NCBI GenBank assembly: GCA_963675755.2
Contig: CAXXMD010000003.1
Location: forward strand, 448,001 to 512,000
Length of the DNA: 64,000 bases
Origin: a bacterium
GTDB taxonomy: Bacteria > Zhuqueibacterota > Zhuqueibacteria > Residuimicrobiales > Krinioviventaceae
Direction: 5' to 3'
Of this stretch, positions 29,879 to 39,814 are shown piece by piece. Position numbers and translations under genes: made by a program. The notes beneath the pieces are model-generated. The model had not been told where the DNA came from, did no database searches, and worked only from the letters and a program-made list of their open reading frames with translations. Position 1 is the stretch's first letter; each line of letters opens with the position of its first letter.

Positions 29879-30475
29879 ATGGATACGCGTATCAAATTAC
29901 CCGCTCCGCAAACAGATCTGGATTTCCCACTCATGCAGGCCTTCGCCGAAAGACGGACCTTGCGCAGATGGAAAGACGAGCCGATTTCGGAACAGGACCT
30001 ATCCAATCTGTTATGGTCCGCTTGCGGCATTACCAAAGAACAAAAAGGCAAGACCAAATGCAAAAGGACAGCCCCATCCGCTTGTAATGTTCAGGAGATA
30101 CGGGTCTATACCCTGCTTGAAAAGGGAGTGTTTTTGTACAATGAAGCGGCCCATGAACTCGTGCAAATCATCCCGGACGATATTCGGGAGCATGTGGGCA
30201 CGCAAAAAATGATGAAATCCGCTCCCCTGGGACTCGTGTATGTAGCGGACCTGTCCAGGATGAACAGTCCGTTTTTAAAAAGTGATGAAGCCAAAAAATT
30301 CTCAGCCTGGGTAGACACAGGATTCGTCAGCGAAAATGTGTATCTCTATTGCGCATCCGCAAACATGGCAACCGCCGTATTGTCACTGGTAAAACGTGAC
30401 AACCTCGAACAACTCATGCAACTCCAGGAACATGAAAAGGTGGTATTGACTCAGGTGGTGGGGTATAGAGTGTAA
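29879..30475 (+). CDS. Nitroreductase family protein (SagB/ThcOx-like)
   Basis: ERRTLR, LSNLLWSACG, RTAPSA, DTGFVSENVYLYCAS. Confidence 0.9.
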   Translation: MDTRIKLPAPQTDLDFPLMQAFAERRTLRRWKDEPISEQDLSNLLWSACGITKEQKGKTKCKRTAPSACNVQEIRVYTLLEKGVFLYNEAAHELVQIIPDDIREHVGTQKMMKSAPLGLVYVADLSRMNSPFLKSDEAKKFSAWVDTGFVSENVYLYCASANMATAVLSLVKRDNLEQLMQLQEHEKVVLTQVVGYRV

Positions 30476-30523
30476 TTCAGTATCTTTCTCGTTACTATCT
30501 AAACATATCCTATCTTTTATCTT

Positions 30524-30884
30524 GTCCACCTGACGGTGAAAAATCCCATTAAAATGGGATCTACAGGTAAAACAGGATTAGTCTTACCTGATCGTGACGG
30601 AGATAATCTCCGTCACGATCGTTGCTTGAAATTACTCGTTCCTAATCCGCCAGCCGGCGGATGGGGAACGCAATGACACGGATAAACTCTGTTTATCCAA
30701 TACTTTATAACACAAACACTTTCAACTAAACATTTCACATCATTATCGGGTCCACCTCACGGTGAACAATCCCATTAAAATGGGATCTACAAATATAACA
30801 GGATTCGTTTTACCTGATGGTGACGGAGAGTATCTACGTCAATATCGAAAACAGCTGCCCGGCATCCTCGGAGGTGCCGGGCAG
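30524..30884. repeat. Repeat mosaic with a 226-bp-period duplication
   Basis: A block of about 98 bp, GTCCACCT.ACGGTGAA.AATCCCATTAAAATGGGATCTACA...GAT.GTGACGGAGA, starts at 30524 and 30750. REP arm at 30633-30698; CTGCCCGGCATCCTCGGAGGTGCCGGGCAG at 30855-30884. Confidence 0.9.
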
Positions 30885-30911
30885 TTATTATCATTGTAAA
30901 ATAATCCTAAT

Positions 30912-31871
30912 TCAGACAGCCACCACCTGTTCCCAGTCCTGTGTGGTAACCGAGCGTTCAAGCGCTTGCAGTACGGCTACGCAGGCGAGAATGCTCTCGT
31001 GGCTGCGCGGCTCTTTACCGGTGCGGAACATTTCAACCATATCCACATAATTTTTAGCAGGATCACCCTTGGGTACGTCCGAGACGAGTTTGATGCCTTT
31101 TTCCGGTGTAACCACAGTGGTGCTCCAACCGTGCCCGCCCCGTATAAACCCCAGACTGGCAAACAATCCCGATTTGAACACCACATCGGCAGAGGCATCA
31201 TCACCATGCAGGGTCATGCGTACGCGATCAATATCGTCGCCAAACATATACATCAGCGGCTGGATAACATGCACACCATAGAAAAAGATACCGCCGTATT
31301 TGGAATCCACTTCTGCGGGACCATGACGGTACACATGTTTAATATCTTTAATATCTTTTAACTGACGGATAATGTCAAAGGTCTCTTCGCTCTGGGCTAT
31401 AGAGCTGAACGAGGTCACCGGTGTGCCTTTTTCACGCGCGATTCTCAAAAACTCTTTTCCCTCATCCACACGGTAACAAAAGGGCTTGTCCACAAACGTG
31501 GGGATTCCCTCTTTAACAAAGGGCAATGCCGCTTCCAAATGATATTTTGCATGGCGATGGTCAACTATCAGCGCGTCGATCTTGCCCATCATTTCCGCGG
31601 GGTCCTTGACGATATTGGGAATGGATCCCTTTTCCGCGGCACGTTTGGCAAATTCATCGGTCTCGCCCCATACATATTTCACTTCGCATCCCGGAAACTG
31701 TTTTTTCTCGTTAAAGATGCGCCCAAAACCAATGGTATGCGAATTCTCGGCACCGATAATACCAATACGGATCTTTTTCTCATCAGCTAAAAGTGGACTT
31801 GTGACAGATGCGGCCGCCAAAACGGTTGCTCCTTTGGCTGCTTTTTCAATAAATTCTCTGCGTGTTTGCAT
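30912..31871 (-). CDS. Tat-exported Gfo/Idh/MocA oxidoreductase
   Basis: TRREFI twin-arginine signal, IGIIG, FVDKP, FFYGVH. Confidence 0.88.
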   Translation of the reverse strand: MQTRREFIEKAAKGATVLAAASVTSPLLADEKKIRIGIIGAENSHTIGFGRIFNEKKQFPGCEVKYVWGETDEFAKRAAEKGSIPNIVKDPAEMMGKIDALIVDHRHAKYHLEAALPFVKEGIPTFVDKPFCYRVDEGKEFLRIAREKGTPVTSFSSIAQSEETFDIIRQLKDIKDIKHVYRHGPAEVDSKYGGIFFYGVHVIQPLMYMFGDDIDRVRMTLHGDDASADVVFKSGLFASLGFIRGGHGWSTTVVTPEKGIKLVSDVPKGDPAKNYVDMVEMFRTGKEPRSHESILACVAVLQALERSVTTQDWEQVVAV

Positions 31872-31898
31872 TTGTATATTATCTCCTGTAAAATTTCA

Positions 31899-33257
31899 TT
31901 ATACGGTTTCGGGTAAAACATAGGGATGCCGATAGCGGCGTGTCAGATAAGAGTTTGCCTCGTCATCATTTATGAATCGTTCCGCGCGCCCGTCAAAATG
32001 CAGGGTCCTGCCGGTATGATAAGCAATATTGCCCAGGTGCATGACCGATGTGGACAAGTGCCCCTCTAAAATATCCGCGTTCAGGTCCTGCCAGCGACCG
32101 GTACGCACGCAATCGATAAAATTGCCCATATGCGGTCCGTCTGTGCCCTTGAATTCCTGTATCATTTTTTTGTCTGTCGGAATCGTCATGTCTTTGCTGT
32201 TCATTGCGGGCCCCGGTTCATTGTCCTTGCCTAAAAACGTCTTGAATGAGGTATGTGTAATGTGCATCCAGCCTTTAGAGCCGTAAATAAACTCGCCGCC
32301 CTTTTCTCCATCTTCAGAATTATTATACAGACTGCGCACATCCACCTGGATGGTTTTCCCGTCCGCGTATTCAAACGCGCCCAACTGTACATTGGGGATC
32401 TCCTGGTCCGAATCCCAGATATGGAACCCGCCCATACACTGGATTTTGGCTGGGTGCTCGCGCTTGTTCATGGCCCAGCGAATCACATCTACGCCGTGAG
32501 TGCCGTTATTGCCAAACTCGCTGGTGCTGGTGTCCCAGAACCAGTGCCATTTGTAATGAAAGCGGTTTTCGTTAAAGGGACGATATGGCGCCGGTCCCAA
32601 AAACAGGTCCCAGTTTACGCCTTTAGGGATTTCACTGTCCGCTACTCTGCCAATGTTTGGCCGAAACCCGAACACAATCGCGCGGCCCATATAGATCTCG
32701 CCAATCACTCCTTCTCTCAGCAACCGGATGGCCTCGTGTACAATGGAACTGCTACGGCTCTGGGTGCCCACCTGTACAACACGATTGTACTTGCGTGCCG
32801 CTTCCACCATCTTGCGGCCTTCCTGCAGGGTATAGGAAACGGGCTTTTCGATATAAACATCCTTGCCGGCCTGACACGCCCAAATGGTTTGCAGCGCATG
32901 CCAGTGGTCCGGGGAAGCAATAGAGATTGCATCCAGATGTTTTTCATCCAGCAATTGCCGAAAATCGGTTACCGTCTTGACTTTTTTAGCGTCCTTCTCC
33001 TCCAGTTCTTTAAGACCTTTGGGGAACAGACGTTCGTCAATGTCGCACAAGTGGGTAATGCGTACATTGGGCATTTCCGCGTAACGACGGATATGCGCAA
33101 TGCCGCGGCCATGCAGTCCCACAACAGCGATATTGATGGTATCGTTAGCTTTGGATTTTGCGTATAAAGGATGGATCAATGGTGCGGACATGAGCGCTCC
33201 GGCTGTGGTCATGCCGGATGTTTTGATAAACTCACGACGATTGGTTACACTCATCAT
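31899..33257 (-). CDS. Tat-exported Gfo/Idh/MocA oxidoreductase
   Basis: NRREFI, PDHWH, GKDVYIEKP, VQVGTQ, WDLFLGPAP. Confidence 0.93.
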   Translation of the reverse strand: MMSVTNRREFIKTSGMTTAGALMSAPLIHPLYAKSKANDTINIAVVGLHGRGIAHIRRYAEMPNVRITHLCDIDERLFPKGLKELEEKDAKKVKTVTDFRQLLDEKHLDAISIASPDHWHALQTIWACQAGKDVYIEKPVSYTLQEGRKMVEAARKYNRVVQVGTQSRSSSIVHEAIRLLREGVIGEIYMGRAIVFGFRPNIGRVADSEIPKGVNWDLFLGPAPYRPFNENRFHYKWHWFWDTSTSEFGNNGTHGVDVIRWAMNKREHPAKIQCMGGFHIWDSDQEIPNVQLGAFEYADGKTIQVDVRSLYNNSEDGEKGGEFIYGSKGWMHITHTSFKTFLGKDNEPGPAMNSKDMTIPTDKKMIQEFKGTDGPHMGNFIDCVRTGRWQDLNADILEGHLSTSVMHLGNIAYHTGRTLHFDGRAERFINDDEANSYLTRRYRHPYVLPETV

Positions 33258-33360
33258 GACCTCCTGAAAATGGATTGATTTGGATCTTTTTTAAAAGATA
33301 ACAAGTCAGGTAATGAAAAACAATCGGAAAATCAAACTCTCACATATCCTACGTCTTGGT

Positions 33361-33518
33361 TTCTCCTTCCCAAATTTTATTTGGGAAGGAAAGTTTGCTC
33401 CAAGCTTTGCTTGGAAAAAATTGCGTAACACATAAATAATTAATTTACAGATATTCGCGAAGCAGAGCTTCGCACCAAAGTTCCGTCTCATCCGTCAGCT
33501 GACGGATGGGACGGAGAA
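33361..33518. repeat. Inverted doublet of a bipartite REP-like unit
   Basis: Left arm TTCTCCTTCCCAAA..TTTGGGAAGGAA..CCAAGCTTTGCTTGG (33361-33414). The right arm (33457-33518) reverse-complements to TTCTCCGTCCCA..TGAGACGGAA..GCGAAGCTCTGCTTCGC. Confidence 0.85.
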
Positions 33519-33580
33519 TTGTTGCTTTTTCAAGGTTAAGCTCTTTTTCAACAATCACCAAAAGATGGTATTACATTAAT

Positions 33581-33779
33581 ATTGCATACCTGACGGCATG
33601 CAAATACGCATTTCTTATGTTTCTACAAATATCTTGTCCCTACGGGACTTGGAATGTATTGTGATTGGATTAATAATTCTCATGTTAAACGCCATTGACT
33701 ATCCAAAGGCCCCGTCAGGGGCCATATAGTTGTAGCCATACAAAAACCATAGTTTTCTGCGTGCCGTCAGGTACGCAAT
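33581..33779. mobile_element. Non-autonomous palindrome-associated element (IS200/RAYT-end-like inverted doublet)
   Basis: Termini ATTGCATACCTGACGGCATGC / GCGTGCCGTCAGGTACGCAAT; inner hairpins GTCCCTACGGGAC / GGCCCCGTCAGGGGCC. No coding capacity. Confidence 0.65.
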
Positions 33780-33811
33780 CTGACAAAATAATATATAATT
33801 ATCAATAAACT

Positions 33812-34855
33812 CTACTCTTCAACATCAACATACATTATATCCCACAAGTAGCCTTCATAAAACTCACTTCGGCTCCTGTTAAACTTGAACACCTCTGAAA
33901 ATTCTCCTGTAGTGAAATCATATTTCATAAATTTAATTTTTGTAAAAATCTCCAAATGTCTTGAAAAATGTTTAAAATACAAACAGTTATTATATATAAA
34001 CATATTTTGAAAATTCCCCCAATGTTCATACTCAAACAATTCGTTTCTTTTTTTTGTTTGTATATCAAACAATTCAATTTGATATTTTTTCAATTCTTTA
34101 TTATAACGATACAAAACCAATGAATCACTATTTAGCCAGGTAAAATCATAAACATCTTTTGCAATTGGTATTAGCCCTTCAAGGTTTAAATCCCAAAAAA
34201 ACAACTCGTACATATGTTTATTTCTATCATAATAATTCACACCAATTATATTATAATCTTGGCTCTTCTTAACTTTACTATGCCAACTCATCGAAATATT
34301 TTGATTTTCCCTTGTAATATTATAAAATAATTTTTGATTTTTATCTTTAATCATCAATATTCTATGTTGTTTATTATCATCACTCAAAACAAGCATACAT
34401 AGATAAACAGTATCAATATTTTTACAAACCCATTCCAGCCTTTCTATTTCCTTATATTGGTATTCAGTTTCATCATTAAATAAAATCTTGCTTGTTTCCT
34501 CCGGCGTGCCAACAAAAATAGTATCTCCTTTCATTTTCGCCCAAACGCCCTGGTTAAAAACTACTGTTTTATAATCCCAGTCACTCATTGGTGTTATGGA
34601 TTTATTTTTTAAGTCGATAATGCAATAACCACTTCTACCTACACCAACAATACTCGTTTTTGAAAAGAAATAATATTTTGAAAGCCCCCATTGCAAAGGA
34701 ACAATGTAATCCATAATCATTGTATCTCTTTCAAGATCATGGATTACAACTCGGCATTGCTTATTTGCTGCCGGTTCCGTGTACACCATCCAGGGTGATT
34801 CAGCAGCGTATAACATTTGAAACCCAAATAATAAAATAAAAACTTTTAAATTCAT
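33812..34855 (-). CDS. AT-rich secreted hypothetical protein (beta-propeller-like)
   Basis: Signal peptide MNLKVFILL..YA, repeated short beta strands, markedly AT-richer than its neighbours. Confidence 0.7.
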   Translation of the reverse strand: MNLKVFILLFGFQMLYAAESPWMVYTEPAANKQCRVVIHDLERDTMIMDYIVPLQWGLSKYYFFSKTSIVGVGRSGYCIIDLKNKSITPMSDWDYKTVVFNQGVWAKMKGDTIFVGTPEETSKILFNDETEYQYKEIERLEWVCKNIDTVYLCMLVLSDDNKQHRILMIKDKNQKLFYNITRENQNISMSWHSKVKKSQDYNIIGVNYYDRNKHMYELFFWDLNLEGLIPIAKDVYDFTWLNSDSLVLYRYNKELKKYQIELFDIQTKKRNELFEYEHWGNFQNMFIYNNCLYFKHFSRHLEIFTKIKFMKYDFTTGEFSEVFKFNRSRSEFYEGYLWDIMYVDVEE

Positions 34856-34954
34856 GGTTTTCCCCATAATGATATTTATTTTGATTAATATACTAACAAT
34901 GCGAACCAATCCAAAAAACCGAAACGCAACTCATGCCCTTCTAAAAGCCCCCCA

Positions 34955-36661
34955 TCATACCTGCAATAACGCCTCGATGATCTCTTTTACCGAGGTTTTG
35001 TGCACATCCAAAACAACAGGATTTGTGATGCGCCAGCGGATGCATACATCCTGAATGATCCGGTTTCTCACAATCCACAACATGGGTTTTGAATACGCAT
35101 GCACCAACGCATCCAGCGCCTCTGCCCATCCTTCGCCGCGCAGTTCCAGGGGACCCACTTCATCCACCACAACCACATCCGGATCGGCATCAACTGCCAT
35201 CAAAATAGCTTGACTACCAAATTCCATCCCCTTTTCTAAAAAATGAAACGGGCCCATTTCTATTCCACTACCCTGTATCTCTGTTCTGCACAAAGGTTCC
35301 TGCACACCATCCTGAATGCGTACCACATCAAAACCGGAGCGTTTATTATTCTGCCAGTATCCCGTGGAATAGATGCCCCCGGTGGTCAAGCCCAGCTCGG
35401 TTAAGCGTCGCAGTAATTTCTGCACCAGGGTGGTTTTGCCCTCACCGGACCTGCCGGTCAAAAACACGATCCGTTTTACGGGCACATGCTCGTTCTGGTA
35501 TTCCAGCAACCATTGTTTCGAATAATACAGCATCTGCGGCAGGACTTGTCCGAGTCGTTTCCAAAGCTGTTTTTGCGCGGACAAAACCGACATGAACCGC
35601 GGTAGGGTTTCAAAAGCAACACCCAACGCGCGGGGGAAATCCTGCATGCTGTGCTTGATGAACCAGTCCAGTATTTTCGGGTTCCGCAGTTCAATGCTCA
35701 CAGCCGAAAACCCCACCAGAATTACAATGGCCCGCAGGCTCATACTCGTTCCAATTACCACTCCATTGAGCGTAAAAAACTCGCGTCTTTGCAGTCCGTC
35801 CAAAAAGATGGCAGATAAAAGAATCACCGAGATCAACATGATCCACAATCCCGGTTTCCTTAAGCGGTTCAACGACCGTCGGTACCGGTAGAAATTAAAC
35901 GCGATAAACAGTATACAATATATTGCCGCTATCCATAAAGGATAAAAACTTAACAGCAGCAGACCGGCTACGATCCCCATACTGATCAATATCAGCAAAA
36001 TCAGAGAAAATTGCTGGGTGGGATCCAATCCGAATGACATGGCATGTTTGCCTTCATTCACGACCGGCATCTGTTCGGCATCCAACAGGATCGCTTTTTT
36101 CCCGATGCGTACCGCAATGATTGCGACAATCACGCCAAATAGCATTTGAATCAACCAAAACGCCAGTACCAGATCAAAGGGCCCAAAGGAGGACACACCC
36201 AGATTTTTAGCCGCAAAGAAATAGAGGTTCTCATAGAGGTCCACAAAATACAGTCCAAATGTAATGACCAGTCCTATGATCTTTTGCACAAAACTCCACG
36301 ATACCGCAAGCGCCCCGCCCAAAAGATAGGCGAACAGATTTCTGCCCAGTAACAATACAGCCAGCTCTAACAACACCCCTTCCATAAAGATCCCGATCAT
36401 GGGGCCCATGATTACCGCACTGGGAGAAATGGACTTCATCACCGCGCAGATCAATCCCGAGCGCCAGAACAGTCCTTTTTCCGGCCACAACTGGTGTCCG
36501 CTGATCATGATCAACGCACCGATTGCGGAAAGCAGCGTGCCCGACATGGGGATTTTTAAATTGTGCAGCATGCTGCCCAAAATGATTTCGCTGGATGCCC
36601 ACAAACTGCCCAGTACCGCGGCCTTGAGCCAGATGTGTGATATTTCTGGTGATTGCTTCAT
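34955..36661 (-). CDS. Polytopic membrane protein fused to a C-terminal THEP1/NTPase_1-type P-loop domain
   Basis: About nine TM helices, then LTGRSGEGKTT (Walker A), GFDVV and VVVVDEVGPLE (Walker B). Confidence 0.8.
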   Translation of the reverse strand: MKQSPEISHIWLKAAVLGSLWASSEIILGSMLHNLKIPMSGTLLSAIGALIMISGHQLWPEKGLFWRSGLICAVMKSISPSAVIMGPMIGIFMEGVLLELAVLLLGRNLFAYLLGGALAVSWSFVQKIIGLVITFGLYFVDLYENLYFFAAKNLGVSSFGPFDLVLAFWLIQMLFGVIVAIIAVRIGKKAILLDAEQMPVVNEGKHAMSFGLDPTQQFSLILLILISMGIVAGLLLLSFYPLWIAAIYCILFIAFNFYRYRRSLNRLRKPGLWIMLISVILLSAIFLDGLQRREFFTLNGVVIGTSMSLRAIVILVGFSAVSIELRNPKILDWFIKHSMQDFPRALGVAFETLPRFMSVLSAQKQLWKRLGQVLPQMLYYSKQWLLEYQNEHVPVKRIVFLTGRSGEGKTTLVQKLLRRLTELGLTTGGIYSTGYWQNNKRSGFDVVRIQDGVQEPLCRTEIQGSGIEMGPFHFLEKGMEFGSQAILMAVDADPDVVVVDEVGPLELRGEGWAEALDALVHAYSKPMLWIVRNRIIQDVCIRWRITNPVVLDVHKTSVKEIIEALLQV

Positions 36662-36662
36662 T

Positions 36663-37514
36663 CTAAATAACCGGATCCTGATTTACTGACCACAACATGC
36701 CTCCCACAGTGCCCTTGTGCACCCGTGTGATTTGTCCGTTTTGCTGTTTATCATTGAGATACGTTTCAATCTTTTGTTTCAACACGTCATAAGGCATATT
36801 AACAATCCGGCTAAAAAAACGCGTATAATACTCGACCGTTTCTCCAAATGGCAGAAATTTTGACCATTCCTGCGTATCAAACCGGATCTCGGGATAGATC
36901 CCCATAGAATATAAAAGATTCAAGGCATATTGAAAATGCCGGCTCTTGCGATTTTCTCCAAGCAGTTCCACAAACAGATCGTCCATGGGTTGGTTCTCCC
37001 GGTCTCCGGCCCATCCCGCCAGATAACACCACCCCCGCGAGCGTTTCATCATACGGAGCAGATCATCCGCGCAATTGATTGCAGGTGTCATGTGCGCAAA
37101 AACCAGATCGTACTGTTTTGCGATTTTTGCTTCAATCTCCGGTGCCAGCCAGTCGCCATGCACAAGGTGCAAAGCGGAGAGCAATTCCTGTGGTGCCCGT
37201 TGAGATATCTGATCAAGCATCCCCTGCGATACATCAACGCAGGTGACTTTGGCGCCATGTTCGGCAAAGGGGATTGCAAATGTGCCGGGCCCCGAACCAA
37301 TATCCAATACCGTTGCACCGGGACGGATAATTTCATTCTCTTTTAAATGGTTAATCAAACAACGGTTGCGTTCTGCAGATTCACCTTTTTCCTTAGAATA
37401 ATCGGGAGCCTTTTCATCCCAAAATCCCGCGTTTTTAAAGCCGTCTCCCTGCCGGTTGGTGCGATCAAAGGCATTCCACTGTTCTATCCAATATTCTTTT
37501 GACCCAATATCCAT
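36663..37514 (-). CDS. Class I SAM-dependent methyltransferase
   Basis: VLDIGSGPG, VDVSQGML, YDLVFAHMTP. Confidence 0.9.
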   Translation of the reverse strand: MDIGSKEYWIEQWNAFDRTNRQGDGFKNAGFWDEKAPDYSKEKGESAERNRCLINHLKENEIIRPGATVLDIGSGPGTFAIPFAEHGAKVTCVDVSQGMLDQISQRAPQELLSALHLVHGDWLAPEIEAKIAKQYDLVFAHMTPAINCADDLLRMMKRSRGWCYLAGWAGDRENQPMDDLFVELLGENRKSRHFQYALNLLYSMGIYPEIRFDTQEWSKFLPFGETVEYYTRFFSRIVNMPYDVLKQKIETYLNDKQQNGQITRVHKGTVGGMLWSVNQDPVI

Positions 37515-37522
37515 TTTCTCAC

Positions 37523-39814
37523 TCAGAATTTTGCTTCAAATTGTACAATCACTGAACGCCCGGGCTGCCAGGTATGGTGCCACAATCTGTACTCTGTATC
37601 ACTCAGGTTTTTGATATGCAGCGAGACCTTGTAATACCCCGACAAGCTCAATCCCACAGACGCGTCCTGCAAAGCAAACGCAGGATACGGATTGACCTCA
37701 TAATCAAAGAAATATCCGTCGCCGGTATAATCATATCGCCATGCAAGGTCCATGATTACCAGATTGATCTGTTTTTCGTAATACAATCCCACATTATAGC
37801 GATGACGGCTGGTCTGGAACGTAAAATCACCGGGATCCAATAAAGTATATGCGCTATACACACTCAGTCCGCGGACCGGTTGAAATTTAAACGCCACTTC
37901 CACTCCCTGTGGAGTATAATCTCCGCGGTTGGTGCGGCGATCAAAATACAACGTATCCGTACCGCTCGAATTGGGCATGAGCACATATTGTCCCCAGCCG
38001 GTTGAACCCTGTTTATCGCTCACCATCAGATTTTCTACCTGCATCCTGAATGCGGAAACACTTATAAATCCCCAATCCTCCAGACGCTGGATGACGCCCA
38101 CATCCACATTTGCAGTTTTTTCCGGCTGCATATCCGGATCGCCATAGCCGCTCAGGGAACGTGAATACAGATCAATCATGGCTGGCGCCCTGAATCCTCT
38201 GGCATAATTGACTTTGAGATGGGTTGTGGAATTATTTATCCTGAGCAGGCGATAAGCCAGACCCGCATTGGGATTCACAATACTGCCAAATTCCGAATGC
38301 ATATCCAGTCTTGCACCCAGTACCGCATGCAGCCTGCTGCCAATATCCTGTTGATATTGCATATACAATGCGGTATTGTGTAATTGATAATCCTGCCGGG
38401 TGCTGCCATATTCCCCGGTGTAAAGATCTACAGGATGCGTGGCATACTGTCCCGACTGTCGGTTATAAACATCAATTTCCTGCACACCCGCATAGGCAAG
38501 ATTGTCAATAACCTGCTCATAATCCACATCCGCATTATCAAGAATCCCTTCAAATCCAAACTGCAATAGTGCGGCATTCCATGGCAGATACAGAGCATAG
38601 TTACTCATCAATCCGGTTCTGAGGGCGGTATATCCGGTTGCAATATCACTCACCAGACTGGTTTCATCATCCTGGTTGAGGTTTACAAACACTCGAGAAT
38701 CCCACACACCCCGACGACCATTGTATTGAACATGCACGTCTGCACCCGCATAGTAATAATCACTTTTCACCGGATTTTGGTCTGCCGGTTTTTCCCAGGA
38801 ATTGTTATGAAAATCAACATGAATAGTGGCTTGCAGCTGTTCATTATATTGGCGTTTATATTTATACTTCAGATCTGTATTGTTCCATTCATTGTTATTG
38901 GGCACCCGATAATCCTGCATAGAGCTGCGCAGCCCCAGTGAGAAAAAATGGTTGATCTTTTCATTGCGATACGAACCGGTCCATTGCAGCGTATTGGCTT
39001 CCACTATAGGACGACTGTATCCGTCAGCATTGGGATCACTAATAAGATCAGCCGCTTCCAGTTCTTTGGAAGCGGAAACCCAGGTGTGCCAGCCAGGTTC
39101 CGGGACCTTTGTCAGCACGTTCACCACACCCGCCGTAGCCTGAGAGCCATACAATGCAGAGCCCGCCCCTTTCACCACTTCAATCCGGTCTACAATCTCC
39201 ATGGGGATGGTATTAAAATTTACGCCTCCGTTCCAGCCATTGTTCATGGGACGTCCGTCAACCAGGACCAGCGTCTTGTTGGAATATCCTCCCCCGTTCA
39301 AAGAACGGATCGATAGACCATAATCTGCGCCAACAGTGGATCCATCCCGAATGACTCTTATACCGGGTAACTGGTCAAGTGCCTGACCGGCATTATACTG
39401 GTATTGCTGTTGTAAATCTTTTGGAGATAATTGAGAAATGGATTGCGGGGCTTTATCCGCAATCAGCACATTCCGGGTAGCGGTTACGGTAATCTCATCA
39501 AAAGTTAATGTACGTTTATTTTGAAATTGTAAATAAATGGGGCCATTGTGGTTATCATCCACTCGGATTGTTTTTCTCACCGGATCGAATTGTATATGGG
39601 ATACGGTAAGAGTATATTCTCCTGGCTCGGGTACTTTGAATGCGAACGAGCCGTCCGTACGGCTGGCAGTCCCCGTTTTGGTATCTTCCAGGAGTATATT
39701 TGCATTTACAATTGCCTGACCATCAGAATCCAGAACATATCCGGATAGCGGAATATCGGCAAAGGATATACCGGTACAAAAAACAATGCAAATCCAAATC
39801 TGTTTCATGATCAC
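37523..39814 (-). CDS. TonB-dependent receptor with an N-terminal carboxypeptidase-regulatory-like domain
   Basis: TonB box EITVTATR, plug RIEVVKGAGSALYG, RGFRAP, PEKT, C-terminal F. Confidence 0.92.
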   Translation of the reverse strand: MIMKQIWICIVFCTGISFADIPLSGYVLDSDGQAIVNANILLEDTKTGTASRTDGSFAFKVPEPGEYTLTVSHIQFDPVRKTIRVDDNHNGPIYLQFQNKRTLTFDEITVTATRNVLIADKAPQSISQLSPKDLQQQYQYNAGQALDQLPGIRVIRDGSTVGADYGLSIRSLNGGGYSNKTLVLVDGRPMNNGWNGGVNFNTIPMEIVDRIEVVKGAGSALYGSQATAGVVNVLTKVPEPGWHTWVSASKELEAADLISDPNADGYSRPIVEANTLQWTGSYRNEKINHFFSLGLRSSMQDYRVPNNNEWNNTDLKYKYKRQYNEQLQATIHVDFHNNSWEKPADQNPVKSDYYYAGADVHVQYNGRRGVWDSRVFVNLNQDDETSLVSDIATGYTALRTGLMSNYALYLPWNAALLQFGFEGILDNADVDYEQVIDNLAYAGVQEIDVYNRQSGQYATHPVDLYTGEYGSTRQDYQLHNTALYMQYQQDIGSRLHAVLGARLDMHSEFGSIVNPNAGLAYRLLRINNSTTHLKVNYARGFRAPAMIDLYSRSLSGYGDPDMQPEKTANVDVGVIQRLEDWGFISVSAFRMQVENLMVSDKQGSTGWGQYVLMPNSSGTDTLYFDRRTNRGDYTPQGVEVAFKFQPVRGLSVYSAYTLLDPGDFTFQTSRHRYNVGLYYEKQINLVIMDLAWRYDYTGDGYFFDYEVNPYPAFALQDASVGLSLSGYYKVSLHIKNLSDTEYRLWHHTWQPGRSVIVQFEAKF

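Noticed and set aside
29879-30475. RiPP (azole) biosynthesis suggested by the SagB-like gene
   Set aside because: No YcaO, E1-like protein or precursor peptide is nearby. Stand-alone nitroreductases of this type are common.
32253-33167. 304-aa plus-strand ORF and the many other antisense or overlapping ORFs in the track
   Set aside because: They shadow well-supported genes on the other strand or frame and carry no recognisable motifs.
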